IMG/VR virus record: IMGVR_UViG_3300045988_136394
Coordinates: 32,001 to 96,000 of that record
Source of the DNA: a virus
DNA length: 64,000 nt
Strand: one strand, 5' to 3'
Part shown: positions 30,158 to 40,195 of the stretch, piece after piece
Layout: each line of letters starts with the position of its first letter
Position numbering within the stretch: the stretch's first letter is position 1
The notes under the pieces: model-generated
Database searches by the model: none
The model's input: the letters and a program-made list of their open reading frames with translations, nothing else
Told to the model about the DNA's origin: nothing
Made by a program: the position numbers and the translations under genes

Positions 30158-30538
30158 TTAACTACCAACAGACGCATCCGCAGGTTGTAAGATGGTCATA
30201 TCATCTTTTAAGAAATAAATCATTCTTAAATTTTTAAGTGCTGCATCTGATGGCTGAGCAGGTAAACGATCTGCTCGAATAAATCCATGTAAAACAATAG
30301 CCATGGAAGCATCACTTTCAGTTACATCATAATCTTGCAATACAACACCAATCGCTTTATTGTCATTAGACGGATAAATAGTACCCGCTTTAATAATAAA
30401 ACGATCACCTTCTTTAACTACCATACCACCAGCCTCTGTGGCTTTTGTGGCCTTTCTTGCAATAGATACATAGTGATCAGGCATTGCAAGAATATGCTTA
30501 GCAGAATCGTAAGCAATAGTTTTGTACTTCATTGTCAT
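30158..30538 (-). CDS. Hypothetical head protein
   Basis: Between scaffold and capsid. Confidence 0.45.
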   Translation of the reverse strand: MTMKYKTIAYDSAKHILAMPDHYVSIARKATKATEAGGMVVKEGDRFIIKAGTIYPSNDNKAIGVVLQDYDVTESDASMAIVLHGFIRADRLPAQPSDAALKNLRMIYFLKDDMTILQPADASVGS

Positions 30539-30540
30539 TT

Positions 30541-31152
30541 TTAATTTCCTCCTTCTGTCTGAATCCCAAGCATTTGAAGTTTTTGTTTTGCTAAAGATTT
30601 ACCGAAATCTTCACTTGTTGTAGGCTCTTTTTTATTGGTATCACTGTCCCTCGGTGTATTGCCACTAGGATTTCCAGGATTATCCGCAGGTTTAAACAAG
30701 AAAGATTTATCTTTTTGCAAAGATTCAACCTGTTCTTTCAGTCCACTAACAACCTTGTCCCCATCTAATTTAATTAGACTTAAATCGATTAACCCTTTTA
30801 CAAGTTGCAAATCGTGCGGTTTATTTTCGCCAGCTAATAAGGCTAATTCAACTGCATTAACTTTGCGTAATTTTTCGAGCTGCTCTTTATACTCAGTTTC
30901 CTTCGTAGTAGCCTCGCCCTGAAGTTTTTCGATTTTGGCGGCAAGTTCAGCATTAGTACCTTCAAATTTTTTCAATTTTTCCAGTTCTGTTTTATTGCTG
31001 TTGACTGTTGCAACAAGGTTTTCATTCTCTGCCTTTAGCACATCATAAGTCCCTTTAGGCACATAACCTTCCATAGCTGCATTATGCAGTTGTATTGCTT
31101 TTTCTGCTTGTTCTTCTGTTAAGCCAAAAGCAATCAAGGCTTCTTTTGTCAT
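30541..31152 (-). CDS. Scaffolding protein (coiled coil)
   Basis: Strongly helical E/K-rich sequence. Confidence 0.6.
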   Translation of the reverse strand: MTKEALIAFGLTEEQAEKAIQLHNAAMEGYVPKGTYDVLKAENENLVATVNSNKTELEKLKKFEGTNAELAAKIEKLQGEATTKETEYKEQLEKLRKVNAVELALLAGENKPHDLQLVKGLIDLSLIKLDGDKVVSGLKEQVESLQKDKSFLFKPADNPGNPSGNTPRDSDTNKKEPTTSEDFGKSLAKQKLQMLGIQTEGGN

Positions 31153-31176
31153 ATCATTCGCTCCTTTTCATAAAAA

Positions 31177-31212
31177 ATGTACTCGTAGAATCATCTACGA
31201 GTACATTATACA
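31177..31212 (-). terminator. Hairpin (AATGTACTCGTAGA-atcatc-TACGAGTACATT) with downstream T-run on minus strand; possible intra-operon attenuator
   Basis: 14-bp perfect inverted repeat. Confidence 0.5.
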
Positions 31213-31244
31213 ATATAAATTCTTAAAATTCAATATAAAAGTTC

Positions 31245-32282
31245 TTATTTATTTACATATTCTTTTAACCATTGTTTATAACTGATATTTTTATCAACTG
31301 TATAATAACTTTCTTCTTTAGCAATGCGTTGTGTATAAGATTGCCCATCTATAACTGGAACAGTTGTTGTTCTACAATTTGGATGAAATGGTGGAAAGTT
31401 TACCCCTCGTTCAGCTTTAGATACTTTAAAAATTCTACCGTCCATACTTATACAAATTTCTGATGTTTTAAAATCCAAAGTTGCTAAAAGTTGATATTCT
31501 TTTATGCCAGCTTGTGTATAAGCTTGTAAAGCCGCCTGATTTGCTACATTATTCATTTCAGTTCTGACTAAAGTCATTGCTACACCTTGGCGTGTATTCA
31601 TGGCACTGGCAATTTTATCCGCAACATATCTAGATGATTTTCCAGCTGCAAAAGCAAATTGCATTTCTTTTTTAAGATTATAAATTAGCATTTCTTTATT
31701 TTTCCAAAGACGATCACTAAAATCCTCTCCTAAATAATTTTGTGAGAGAACACTAATAACTAAATCTTTGGAAGGGGTAGTGAAGGACATGCCTACGCCC
31801 GAATAAGTCTGCACGTCATATAAAGTATGGTAGTACATATCTTCATAGCCTTGTAGGTATATATTCGGTTGTTGATCTTCCTGTTTTAATAATAGCATTT
31901 CAATAGCATGCCTATATTCGGCTATTAATAATTCTAATCTGGATAATCTTGCACGATCTTGAAGTTCCTTTAAATTTTTAAGGTAACTTTGAGCATTTTT
32001 AGTATCATACTGTGAAGCCTGTTCAATATAATCTTGAATAATTTCTTTAAATTCTGATAATTCTTTACCGGATAATCTTTTTTTAGCCATTTCTAAAGAA
32101 ATTTTATTTTCTTCTGCATATTTAGCATAAAAAAGCATTAATTCTTCCTGAAGCTCTTTAATTACTTTTTTATATTCTTTAGCTAGTTCAAGATTATAAT
32201 CAACTGCAATATCTTCCACAGCTTGCAAATTACGTTCTGCTCTTTGTTGCCAATAATCCTGATTACTCATTATTTCCTCCAT
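31245..32282 (-). CDS. Head morphogenesis / minor head protein (SPP1 gp7 / Mu F-like)
   Basis: 345 aa immediately after portal. Confidence 0.6.
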   Translation of the reverse strand: MEEIMSNQDYWQQRAERNLQAVEDIAVDYNLELAKEYKKVIKELQEELMLFYAKYAEENKISLEMAKKRLSGKELSEFKEIIQDYIEQASQYDTKNAQSYLKNLKELQDRARLSRLELLIAEYRHAIEMLLLKQEDQQPNIYLQGYEDMYYHTLYDVQTYSGVGMSFTTPSKDLVISVLSQNYLGEDFSDRLWKNKEMLIYNLKKEMQFAFAAGKSSRYVADKIASAMNTRQGVAMTLVRTEMNNVANQAALQAYTQAGIKEYQLLATLDFKTSEICISMDGRIFKVSKAERGVNFPPFHPNCRTTTVPVIDGQSYTQRIAKEESYYTVDKNISYKQWLKEYVNK

Positions 32283-33801
32283 AAGAAGCTCTTGTTAATT
32301 TTAACTGCATATCAAGTTCTTTTTGTTGTTCTTCTTCTTGTTCTTTTTCCAATAAACGAATCTCTTCTTTTGGATCAATAACCCATGGATGATTCGAAAC
32401 AATGGTTTGTTTACTAATAACACCTTCACTATTTTTACAATCGAGAATTGTTTGGGCTTCATTAGTAATCATATCAGTATTAAAGATGATATCGAAATCT
32501 TCAGAAGTAAAATCTTTATTATTAAATGTTTTTTCGTGTTCTTTAATAAACCATGCAAGAGATTCTAAGGCTTCGATTACTTGCACACCTATATCGTTAC
32601 AATCCAAAGACAAATCAATGTATTTAAATTTTAAAGCTTCACCACTAATATCTCGCATTTCATCTTGTTGAGTATCTACACCCGAACCATCTTCATAAAT
32701 ATCTTTACGTAAACGATTTAAATGTAATTCGGCTCCCTCTAATTTAAAAGGTATATCTAAATTAGTAAGATCGCCCTCTTCCGTTACATAGGCAACTTTT
32801 GTTTGCTTTAAATTAAGCATAAATTCATCTTTATCTGTGCCATCATAACCTTTAACAATACGAATACTATTAGGAACATCATGAATTTGATCACTAATAT
32901 CACTGGTAATGGAATCATAGTCATCTATTAAAGTTTTAATGTATCTTAATAATGGCAATTCTTCCATGTTATATTTAATACAAACAAAAGGAACACGTCC
33001 CCAAGACATGGGATCAGATACATAAATAGGATTTCCAAATTCATCTGTATCAATTAAACCATTTTCATTAGTTTTCTTCTTCTTAATTCGAAAATGACTA
33101 TCAACAAAACTTTCTTTATCCGGATCAATTCGTATTCCATCAGCTGTTAATTCATAAAACCAAACTCCTTGAGGTGTATAATATTCAATTTTTTGATGTG
33201 GAATTTGATCTCCATTTGGCTTAATTTCCATAATTTCATAAAATCGAATTACTGCATCTAAAACTGTATGGTCTGCATCTGCCCAAAAAGGAATGATTTC
33301 ATAATCGGGCATTCTTTTAAATAATAAATTTCCATCTTCATCATAATAAACTTGAAACCAATTAATTCCGGAAACAACAGCTTGTCTAACCATATTTTGT
33401 AAACGACGAAGAAATTTTTTATTAAAATAACCTTGAAGGATTTGTTCAAACTCTTCATTTTTACATTTGATAGTAAAGGCTTTACTTAAAAGATAGTTAA
33501 CTTTTTGATTTACTAATTTACGATAAAAAGAATGTCTTAATTTAACATTAGACACAGTATTATCAATAATTTGTAATCCTTCGCGATTAAAATAAAATCT
33601 TATTTTATTATCAATCTCGGTTTCATTTTCAAAATACTCTCTTGCTACTTTTCTTTCCTTAAACAAAGCACTATTTTGAAATTGTTGAACAGCTCCAGTT
33701 AAAAAATCTTCTTGTGGTTTACCATAGCTACTCATACGACGAATGTTTTCTGCATTAAAGTCATTTGGATCAATTCTCATAAAATCAGGTAATTTTAACA
33801 T
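32263..33801 (-). CDS. Portal protein
   Basis: 512 aa directly after terminase large subunit. Confidence 0.75.
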   Translation of the reverse strand: MLKLPDFMRIDPNDFNAENIRRMSSYGKPQEDFLTGAVQQFQNSALFKERKVAREYFENETEIDNKIRFYFNREGLQIIDNTVSNVKLRHSFYRKLVNQKVNYLLSKAFTIKCKNEEFEQILQGYFNKKFLRRLQNMVRQAVVSGINWFQVYYDEDGNLLFKRMPDYEIIPFWADADHTVLDAVIRFYEIMEIKPNGDQIPHQKIEYYTPQGVWFYELTADGIRIDPDKESFVDSHFRIKKKKTNENGLIDTDEFGNPIYVSDPMSWGRVPFVCIKYNMEELPLLRYIKTLIDDYDSITSDISDQIHDVPNSIRIVKGYDGTDKDEFMLNLKQTKVAYVTEEGDLTNLDIPFKLEGAELHLNRLRKDIYEDGSGVDTQQDEMRDISGEALKFKYIDLSLDCNDIGVQVIEALESLAWFIKEHEKTFNNKDFTSEDFDIIFNTDMITNEAQTILDCKNSEGVISKQTIVSNHPWVIDPKEEIRLLEKEQEEEQQKELDMQLKLTRASYGGNNE

Positions 33802-33810
33802 AATAACCTC

Positions 33811-35082
33811 CTAAAAACTAAATGTTCTGCGATTACATCTTTCAGTTGCATATCTTAGTGCGTCCATTAAATGATTATATTCATCCATAGGTTCATTAAT
33901 TGGTTTTCCAGTATCTTTATCTTTATCCCATACATAGTTACTAAATTCAACAACGTGATTCATGCAGCGTGGGTGAACATAAATATGATAATCTTGCAAT
34001 TTTTGAATACCCGCAAGAACGCTACCTTTACCTTTTTTAGCAGCTTTAATACGATTTAGACCTAATAATCTTAATTCGTTAATTGTTCTCGCATCCTCAT
34101 TATCTGCAATAATAACATCATTCATATATCCCTTATATCTAATATTGTCACGAATTTGTTGATTTGTTAGTTGAGTACGATAAATTTCATCGTAAACAAA
34201 AATTTCGTATTTATCCTCGTCAACAAAAATACAACTCATTGCAGTTGGGTCATTCGCATAGCCAAAGTCAAGACCTTTGAAATCTCTATAAATTGGAATA
34301 CCTTTTTTATTTTTAACATCTCTAAAATATGAGATATCAAAATCAGCTTCTTCCCAATTACTATAGATAAGACCTTCTGCAATACCCCAATCTCCCATTC
34401 CTTCGATACTATAACGACGAGGATTAGTACGTTTCATTTCCTCGAATATTTTTATATCATCTTCGCCTAAAAATTCATTACATTGATAATTTGTTGTTAA
34501 AGCTAATATATTTACATTATCGGCTTTATCAAAAAATCTTTTTTTGATCCAAATTTTATCAGACCACGGATTGAATGTAAAAGTATGTTGTTTAAATAAT
34601 GGATAAGGTATAGCGCCACGAATTGATAAGTCAACCTTATTAAATTCATCTTCATTAGAACATTGAAAAGCTTCTTCCCACCATACCCAGCAAATATATC
34701 CATCTTCTACTGTGATAGATGTGATTGATTGTGCGTCGTCCATGCCTCTAAAGAATATCTTTTGTCCGGAAGGTTTATAAGTGATTTCCAAAGGATTAAC
34801 TGTGCAATGCCATAAATGGTCTACACCTAATCTATTAATAGCCCATTTCAACTGTCTATAAGTAGAATCTCTGTGTGTATTATAGTAACGTCTAACTACC
34901 ATTGTGTTCGGTTTTAATCTATACCGTTCGTAGAACTTCATCATATTATAGATATACCATAAAGCAGTAGTACAGGATTTTTTACTACCACGACCACCTT
35001 TTAAGCACCTATAACGACCTTTAAAGTTCCAAAATTTGGCGTAACCACGACCAACAACTTCTGCTATATTAATCGTGGCCAT
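33811..35082 (-). CDS. Terminase large subunit
   Basis: P-loop GGRGSKKS near N-terminus, acidic nuclease-type C-terminus, size. Confidence 0.85.
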   Translation of the reverse strand: MATINIAEVVGRGYAKFWNFKGRYRCLKGGRGSKKSCTTALWYIYNMMKFYERYRLKPNTMVVRRYYNTHRDSTYRQLKWAINRLGVDHLWHCTVNPLEITYKPSGQKIFFRGMDDAQSITSITVEDGYICWVWWEEAFQCSNEDEFNKVDLSIRGAIPYPLFKQHTFTFNPWSDKIWIKKRFFDKADNVNILALTTNYQCNEFLGEDDIKIFEEMKRTNPRRYSIEGMGDWGIAEGLIYSNWEEADFDISYFRDVKNKKGIPIYRDFKGLDFGYANDPTAMSCIFVDEDKYEIFVYDEIYRTQLTNQQIRDNIRYKGYMNDVIIADNEDARTINELRLLGLNRIKAAKKGKGSVLAGIQKLQDYHIYVHPRCMNHVVEFSNYVWDKDKDTGKPINEPMDEYNHLMDALRYATERCNRRTFSF

Positions 35083-35640
35083 TTAGTCCTCCAAATCCTC
35101 TTCCCCAACGAAAGAAACAGCGCTATTAACATTGACGTTATTTTCGTTAAAGCCATGCATAGTATTCAACTCACTAACTGCATCAACAATGCCTGTGACT
35201 TGAATTTTATTAAGATGATTTTTCTGACGAAGTTTAATCATCTTATTTACAAGACTTTTAATAACCCTCGGGTCTTCTTCTTCCTCAATTTGTTCCTGAA
35301 GGAATTGTAATTCTTCTTCAAAGGCTTGATTAACACGTTCCATTTCATTTTGGCAAGTAGCTATAACATAACGAAGTTTTTCAATGGATTCTTCCTTAGA
35401 CCATTTTATAGACTTTAACTGTTCCTGTTCTCTAGCCTCAATTAATTTTCTAATACGATTTGCGATTGCAGGTTGCTGTGCTTTCGAATAAGCCGATGCG
35501 CCAACACTTTTCACTGTATCTAATTTTTCCGGAAAATGTTGTCTAAAAGCATCAACATATCGAACACCCATTGCAATATCCATACAGAACGCTTCTTCTT
35601 GCTCTGTTAAAATACCTGCAAGAGATACTAATGCTGCCAT
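35083..35640 (-). CDS. Terminase small subunit
   Basis: LTEQEEAFC motif near N-terminus; start chosen at ATG 35640 (RBS AGAAGGAGG). Confidence 0.55.
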   Translation of the reverse strand: MAALVSLAGILTEQEEAFCMDIAMGVRYVDAFRQHFPEKLDTVKSVGASAYSKAQQPAIANRIRKLIEAREQEQLKSIKWSKEESIEKLRYVIATCQNEMERVNQAFEEELQFLQEQIEEEEDPRVIKSLVNKMIKLRQKNHLNKIQVTGIVDAVSELNTMHGFNENNVNVNSAVSFVGEEDLED

Positions 35641-35657
35641 AATTAACCTCCTTCTAA

Positions 35658-35690
35658 ATAAAAATAAGGATACCAAAAAGATATCCTTAT
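35658..35690 (-). terminator. Rho-independent terminator (AAGGATATC-loop-GATATCCTT + T-run) separating early region from packaging genes
   Basis: 9-bp perfect stem, T-rich tail on minus strand. Confidence 0.6.
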
Positions 35691-35731
35691 TCGTATCTTT
35701 TATTTAATTGTAGAACAGAAAGTTAAAAATG

Positions 35732-35980
35732 TCAACTATCTTTTGTTTCTAACAGGTGTGTTCCATTTAAAATGTATAAAAGATATTCACAACTTTTAGA
35801 AACGGCCGAATAATCCTCGTCGAATTTATCGCTATAACATTTCCATAATGTAAGGTTAGAACCGAAATAAAATATTCCATAATACTTTCCAGTAAACCCA
35901 TCATAAAGTTTAAACTTTTGTTGAATTTTTATACCAAGCTCAGATAAAACCTTTACTGTTATATTTTTCTGTATAACCAA
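35732..35980 (-). CDS. Hypothetical protein
   Basis: ORF. Confidence 0.4.
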   Translation of the reverse strand: MVIQKNITVKVLSELGIKIQQKFKLYDGFTGKYYGIFYFGSNLTLWKCYSDKFDEDYSAVSKSCEYLLYILNGTHLLETKDS

Positions 35981-36021
35981 ACACCTTAACCCCCTTTATA
36001 ACTCCTAATATAAAGGCATTT

Positions 36022-36465
36022 TCATTTGCCTGTACTTCCTACTCCGCCAACTCTTTCAGGTAGATTATCTACATCTTCGGTATCCACAGTATGATATCTA
36101 TGAAAAATACCCTGTGCAATACGATCGCCTTTTCTAAACGTATATGGAGCATTACCTCTATTAGTAATGTCAATTAGGATTTCTCCTTCATTATCCGGAT
36201 TATTATAATAATCAGCATCAATAATGCCTGTCCCGTTAGTTAACTGTAAATTATATTTAATACCTAAACTAGAACGAATATGAATATACAAAACTTCATT
36301 ATCATTCATTTGACATTTAATACCAGTTTTAAAAAGAATAGATTGTCCTGGATTTAAAGTTACTCCTCCCCATGGAGCAAAAAAATCATAACCAGCTGAT
36401 TTTTTTGTTTTTCTTTGTGGAATAAAAGCTTCCTTTACTTTTGATACTTTTTCAAAATTACGCAT
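36022..36465 (-). CDS. dut: dUTPase
   Basis: Motifs KSAGYDF, NGTGIIDADY, RVGGVGSTGK; start at ATG 36465 (RBS AGAGGTGA). Confidence 0.8.
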   Translation of the reverse strand: MRNFEKVSKVKEAFIPQRKTKKSAGYDFFAPWGGVTLNPGQSILFKTGIKCQMNDNEVLYIHIRSSLGIKYNLQLTNGTGIIDADYYNNPDNEGEILIDITNRGNAPYTFRKGDRIAQGIFHRYHTVDTEDVDNLPERVGGVGSTGK

Positions 36466-36760
36466 TATCTTCACCTCTACGATAAATTCTATGAATTTGA
36501 TAAAATTTGAAAGCTCCAATATAATATTCATCACATTTATCAATTTTCACTGCATATATATCTTCAGAATCACTAACTAATTCAGGATTTAAAGCATGAG
36601 AAACGATGCCTAAACCAACTCCGGAAACAAGAACTCTATCACCTTGCTCTAAATGATAGCCAAGTATCCATGTTAACCAACGTAAGAAATTCATAATTAC
36701 ATCAGAAAACACAAAAGCTCCTAATGTGCTTATAAATGCAACCACACAAAACTCTAACAT
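36458..36760 (-). CDS. Hypothetical membrane protein
   Basis: Hydrophobic N-terminus. Confidence 0.4.
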   Translation of the reverse strand: MLEFCVVAFISTLGAFVFSDVIMNFLRWLTWILGYHLEQGDRVLVSGVGLGIVSHALNPELVSDSEDIYAVKIDKCDEYYIGAFKFYQIHRIYRRGEDNA

Positions 36761-36924
36761 TACTTATTCAATCCTTTCCATAACAGCATATGTATTCTAA
36801 GTAACATAAATAAAATACAAGCTAATAAAATTTCTATGGAAGTTATCCAAAAACCCGCTTGTGATTTAAGAAAGCAAAAAGCGATTGCAACTCCAACAAA
36901 ACCATTGCATATCATTTCAAACAT
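36760..36924 (-). CDS. Small two-TM membrane peptide (54 aa) missed by ORF track
   Basis: RBS GGAGGA 7 nt upstream of ATG 36924; TAATG overlap with next gene; MFEMICNGFVGVAIAFCFL... Confidence 0.45.
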   Translation of the reverse strand: MFEMICNGFVGVAIAFCFLKSQAGFWITSIEILLACILFMLLRIHMLLWKGLNK

Positions 36925-37232
36925 TTTATTTCCTCCAATTTACGACTGACTTTAACTGTATCTGCATCAGGTTTTAATAATTCTTTAACAGCCTCACAAA
37001 GAATTTTATTATTATGCAAGCATGTATCATAGGCTTTTAAGATTGATTCTTTTTCTTTCAAATCATTAGAACATTTAGTTAAATAATCAATATATTGTTT
37101 TTGTAATTCTGAAAATTTTTTTGTAGCTATATTCCACATGAAATATAATACCACATTAACAATAATACTACAAAGAATGAGTAAAATTAAAAAGATTTCA
37201 GTTTCCGTGAACATTTTCTTTTCTCCTTTCAA
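36912..37232 (-). CDS. Hypothetical membrane protein
   Basis: N-terminal TM. Confidence 0.4.
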   Translation of the reverse strand: MKGEKKMFTETEIFLILLILCSIIVNVVLYFMWNIATKKFSELQKQYIDYLTKCSNDLKEKESILKAYDTCLHNNKILCEAVKELLKPDADTVKVSRKLEEIKCLK

Positions 37233-37497
37233 ATTTATTTTGTAACAAATTAATAAATTCTTTTGTTGCCATGTGTAATATATCCTGTTTTAAGGCAGCG
37301 TTATAATACTTTAGGTGAATGAAAACAATGCACTCTTGCACATAAATATTATTTAAGTATAAATCTGCCATACAGGATTTACAAACATGTAAAGTAACGG
37401 TTTCAAGTTGTGATTCTGTGCATTGATAGGGAGAAAACCATTTAGGAATCCAATCTACTAATTTATCACTTTCTTTATTGCAAATAGTACATTTCAT
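37198..37497 (-). CDS. Cys-rich hypothetical protein
   Basis: CxxC pairs. Confidence 0.4.
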   Translation of the reverse strand: MKCTICNKESDKLVDWIPKWFSPYQCTESQLETVTLHVCKSCMADLYLNNIYVQECIVFIHLKYYNAALKQDILHMATKEFINLLQNKFERRKENVHGN

Positions 37498-37835
37498 TCC
37501 TTCACTTCCTCAAACAAATCTTTAACTTTTACATTTAAAGCCTGTGCAAGACTGATAAGGGTACTTAATCGAACACTATTCTGTCTATCACTGGTATTTG
37601 TTTCGATAAGTCTAATAGTTGTAGGGGCTACCCCGGAAACGGCGGATAAAGCTTCCCTTGTCCATCTTTTTTTCTCCCTATATTGCCGAACCTTATAAAT
37701 AACTTTTTTTGTTTGTGTTGGCTTTACAATCATTTTAATATCATTAGTTTTAATATAATCAATTTTATGAATTTTTAAATAATGTAATACTTTAGTAAAA
37801 GCTTCAAATAATTCTGAATTAACTATTAGATTCAT
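37494..37835 (-). CDS. XRE-family HTH transcriptional regulator
   Basis: C-terminal WTREALSAVSGVAPTTIRLIETN...LSTLISLAQALNVKVKDL HTH. Confidence 0.6.
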   Translation of the reverse strand: MNLIVNSELFEAFTKVLHYLKIHKIDYIKTNDIKMIVKPTQTKKVIYKVRQYREKKRWTREALSAVSGVAPTTIRLIETNTSDRQNSVRLSTLISLAQALNVKVKDLFEEVKE

Positions 37836-37844
37836 TTTCTACAC

Positions 37845-38036
37845 TCATTTCTGATTAATATCAACAACTATTGGATTTAAATACTTATCTTTAACTTGCA
37901 TATCTAGTATTTTATTTGTTAACTCATAAATACATTGTAAAGCATTTTGTCTTATTGTAACATCTTCATCTTCCTGACAAGCACAAACCATGGCCTCGAT
38001 AAGTTTAGTTAAATTTTCATCATTAATAATTTCCAT
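37845..38036 (-). CDS. Hypothetical protein
   Basis: ORF. Confidence 0.35.
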   Translation of the reverse strand: MEIINDENLTKLIEAMVCACQEDEDVTIRQNALQCIYELTNKILDMQVKDKYLNPIVVDINQK

Positions 38037-38398
38037 TATAATCTACCTCTTTCACTATCTGCTAATTTAGTACATTCTAAATGATATATTCTACCTTTAC
38101 CATACGCACCACAATTTATAATAGCAGTATCTGTATTTACAATATCTTTAATATTTTTATTGACTTCTATAAATTGTTCTTCTGTGACAGGTAAAATTAC
38201 CCCTATTTTTAATTTAAATTCGGCGTTTACAAAGGCTTTTGTTGCATCGTGAATGAATAAATCAAAAACATTACATTCATACCCCAGTTGTTCATTTTTT
38301 ATCGGTTTTCCATTTTTAAGACAATCTTTAAGGGGATTGATAATATCCCATTTATAAATACCACTAAATTTAACTATAGCTGTAGCTTTAACTAACAT
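38036..38398 (-). CDS. Hypothetical protein
   Basis: ORF. Confidence 0.4.
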   Translation of the reverse strand: MLVKATAIVKFSGIYKWDIINPLKDCLKNGKPIKNEQLGYECNVFDLFIHDATKAFVNAEFKLKIGVILPVTEEQFIEVNKNIKDIVNTDTAIINCGAYGKGRIYHLECTKLADSERGRL

Positions 38399-38400
38399 TA

Positions 38401-38658
38401 TTAACCCTTCTTTCTCATTTGTTGTTCATATTGTTTAATTTGTTCTTCTATTTCGTGAATTTTATTCTTAATTTGATTAATATTTTCCATATTCTTAGAT
38501 TGTATTTCATTAAATGTAGAAACATATTCTTCTTTACTACAGATTTTCTTTTCTAATAATAAAGTTAAAATTGTCATGTTACTAGATCTTGTTATTTCTA
38601 AATCTTGCTGAGTTTCCGCTAATTCTTTTAGTATTTTAAAAATAAAACGATATAACAT
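38401..38658 (-). CDS. Hypothetical coiled-coil protein
   Basis: Start moved to ATG 38658 (RBS AAGGAGAA) instead of track start 38715. Confidence 0.4.
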   Translation of the reverse strand: MLYRFIFKILKELAETQQDLEITRSSNMTILTLLLEKKICSKEEYVSTFNEIQSKNMENINQIKNKIHEIEEQIKQYEQQMRKKG

Positions 38659-38669
38659 AATAATTCTCC

Positions 38670-38810
38670 TTAAAATATTATTTGTCTTATAGCATACAAA
38701 ATTAAAAGTATACATATAATCAGATTAAAATAAGATTTATTGCGCATATATAGTTGTAGACTGACAGTAAATAATATACCTAAAATAAAAGAATCAAGTT
38801 TACCATTCAT
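38670..38810 (-). CDS. Small TM peptide (46 aa)
   Basis: RBS AGGAG 9 nt upstream of ATG 38810; hydrophobic MNGKLDSFILGILFTVSLQLY... Confidence 0.35.
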   Translation of the reverse strand: MNGKLDSFILGILFTVSLQLYMRNKSYFNLIICILLILYAIRQIIF

Positions 38811-38828
38811 AAATTTAACTCCTAATAA

Positions 38829-39173
38829 TTACCGTCCAGTTATTAAATAATTCAAAGTTGCCCCTAACGGATTTTGTAAATAGGCTAAATACTCACTGAC
38901 GCCAGTAATGAAACAACACACCATACCTATACTTAATATGCCAAGAATAACAGATATTAAAGTTATGATAAACAATATATCATCTTTATACCTATATTTT
39001 GGAAATAACTTATAAAAAAGATAAAAAATAAAAATTATAAAAATTTCGAAAAATACCATTGCAATTAAATCATTAAACATATGATGCCCATAATATTCAA
39101 TTAAATCATCTAAACTTTTTTCGCCTACTGTGGTTAAACTATTTAAAATCTGAATAATTGTTTCTTCTTTCAT
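38829..39173 (-). CDS. Hypothetical membrane protein
   Basis: Multiple hydrophobic helices. Confidence 0.4.
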   Translation of the reverse strand: MKEETIIQILNSLTTVGEKSLDDLIEYYGHHMFNDLIAMVFFEIFIIFIFYLFYKLFPKYRYKDDILFIITLISVILGILSIGMVCCFITGVSEYLAYLQNPLGATLNYLITGR

Positions 39174-39592
39174 TATTCTTCCTCCTGTATTATTAAATCT
39201 TTATAGTCTTTATCTAAATATCTTTTCGCTTCTTCTTCCGACCTGTATAATTTTCCTGCTTTGCGTAATAATTGATGAAGTGTAGAGTCCGTATCAAATC
39301 TGACTTCTTGAATATAACCTGAAACAGTCACATAATAAACCATTTCACCATATTTAGGATAAAAAGGTTTTTTCTTTATAAAAGCTCTGCCAATTAATAA
39401 ACATAGTAAATTATAAGAATAACCACCATTTCTACTGGCACATTTTAAAATATCTTCCGGTTTTTCAAAATTTTTATTGATATAAAATAGTTCATTAGAT
39501 ATCTTTTCATGGTCTTTATCCAAAATATAAAATTTTTCACCTGCTTGTAAATCATTATCGTCTAAAAATTGTTGTATATATTTATTCATCAT
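39173..39592 (-). CDS. Hypothetical protein, paralog of 41172..41519 (KYIQxFL family)
   Basis: N-terminus MMNKYIQQFLDDNDL vs MVSKYIQYFLNENNL. Confidence 0.45.
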   Translation of the reverse strand: MMNKYIQQFLDDNDLQAGEKFYILDKDHEKISNELFYINKNFEKPEDILKCASRNGGYSYNLLCLLIGRAFIKKKPFYPKYGEMVYYVTVSGYIQEVRFDTDSTLHQLLRKAGKLYRSEEEAKRYLDKDYKDLIIQEEE

Positions 39593-39887
39593 CGTCATCT
39601 CCGTTATTTTCCATAATAGCCCCGCAAGCCTGACAATAATTGTCTTTGCTATATAATCCGAACTTGCTGTCGCATACGCTACATTGGATAAAGTTGCCAT
39701 ACTTATCAGGTTCTAATTCAATCCAATGCCCATGCTTACGTTCTTCTACAACTGGCATTGTATCAAGCCTATCAGCAGCACTTTGATAACCACTTCTAAT
39801 GCCGTCGAAAAAGCCAGGCCAAGCGGGTATAGTTTCAGCTATTGCTAATAACTCAGCTTTCGCCTTATCAGCGTCTATCAATCTCAT
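39582..39887 (-). CDS. Zinc-ribbon protein, paralog family (ERKHGHW...C.VC...C..CGA)
   Basis: Shared C-terminal motif with 39891..40154 and 41500..41916. Confidence 0.5.
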   Translation of the reverse strand: MRLIDADKAKAELLAIAETIPAWPGFFDGIRSGYQSAADRLDTMPVVEERKHGHWIELEPDKYGNFIQCSVCDSKFGLYSKDNYCQACGAIMENNGDDDDE

Positions 39888-39890
39888 AAT

Positions 39891-40154
39891 TTATTCACCG
39901 TCCATTTTAGCCCCGCACTCCGGGCAGTATTTTGTTTCGTATTCTTGTGGTTTTTTGCAAACGCTACATATGCTAGTATCTAAATCAATATCTTCCCAAT
40001 GCCCGTGCTTGCGTTCTTCTACTGTAGGGGCTTTGTCTATTAAACCTTGAAAAACGTTTAACGCATGAGCAAAACGAAAATCAGCCTTTGCATAAGCGTT
40101 TAACACTTCATTCATTAGTTCCATGCTTAAAGCGTCTTTATCTATTAATTTCAT
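39891..40154 (-). CDS. Zinc-ribbon protein, paralog family
   Basis: C-terminus EERKHGHWEDIDLDTSICSVCKKPQEYETKYCPECGAKMDGE. Confidence 0.5.
   Translation of the reverse strand: MKLIDKDALSMELMNEVLNAYAKADFRFAHALNVFQGLIDKAPTVEERKHGHWEDIDLDTSICSVCKKPQEYETKYCPECGAKMDGE
39895..39947. repeat. 53-bp exact direct repeat (copy 1); copy 2 at 41516..41568
   Basis: Identical string tcaccgtccattttagccccgcactccgggcagtattttgtttcgtattctt at both sites. Confidence 0.8.
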
Positions 40155-40195
40155 AATCTATTATGACTCCTTAAATTATAATATATGTTTCATTG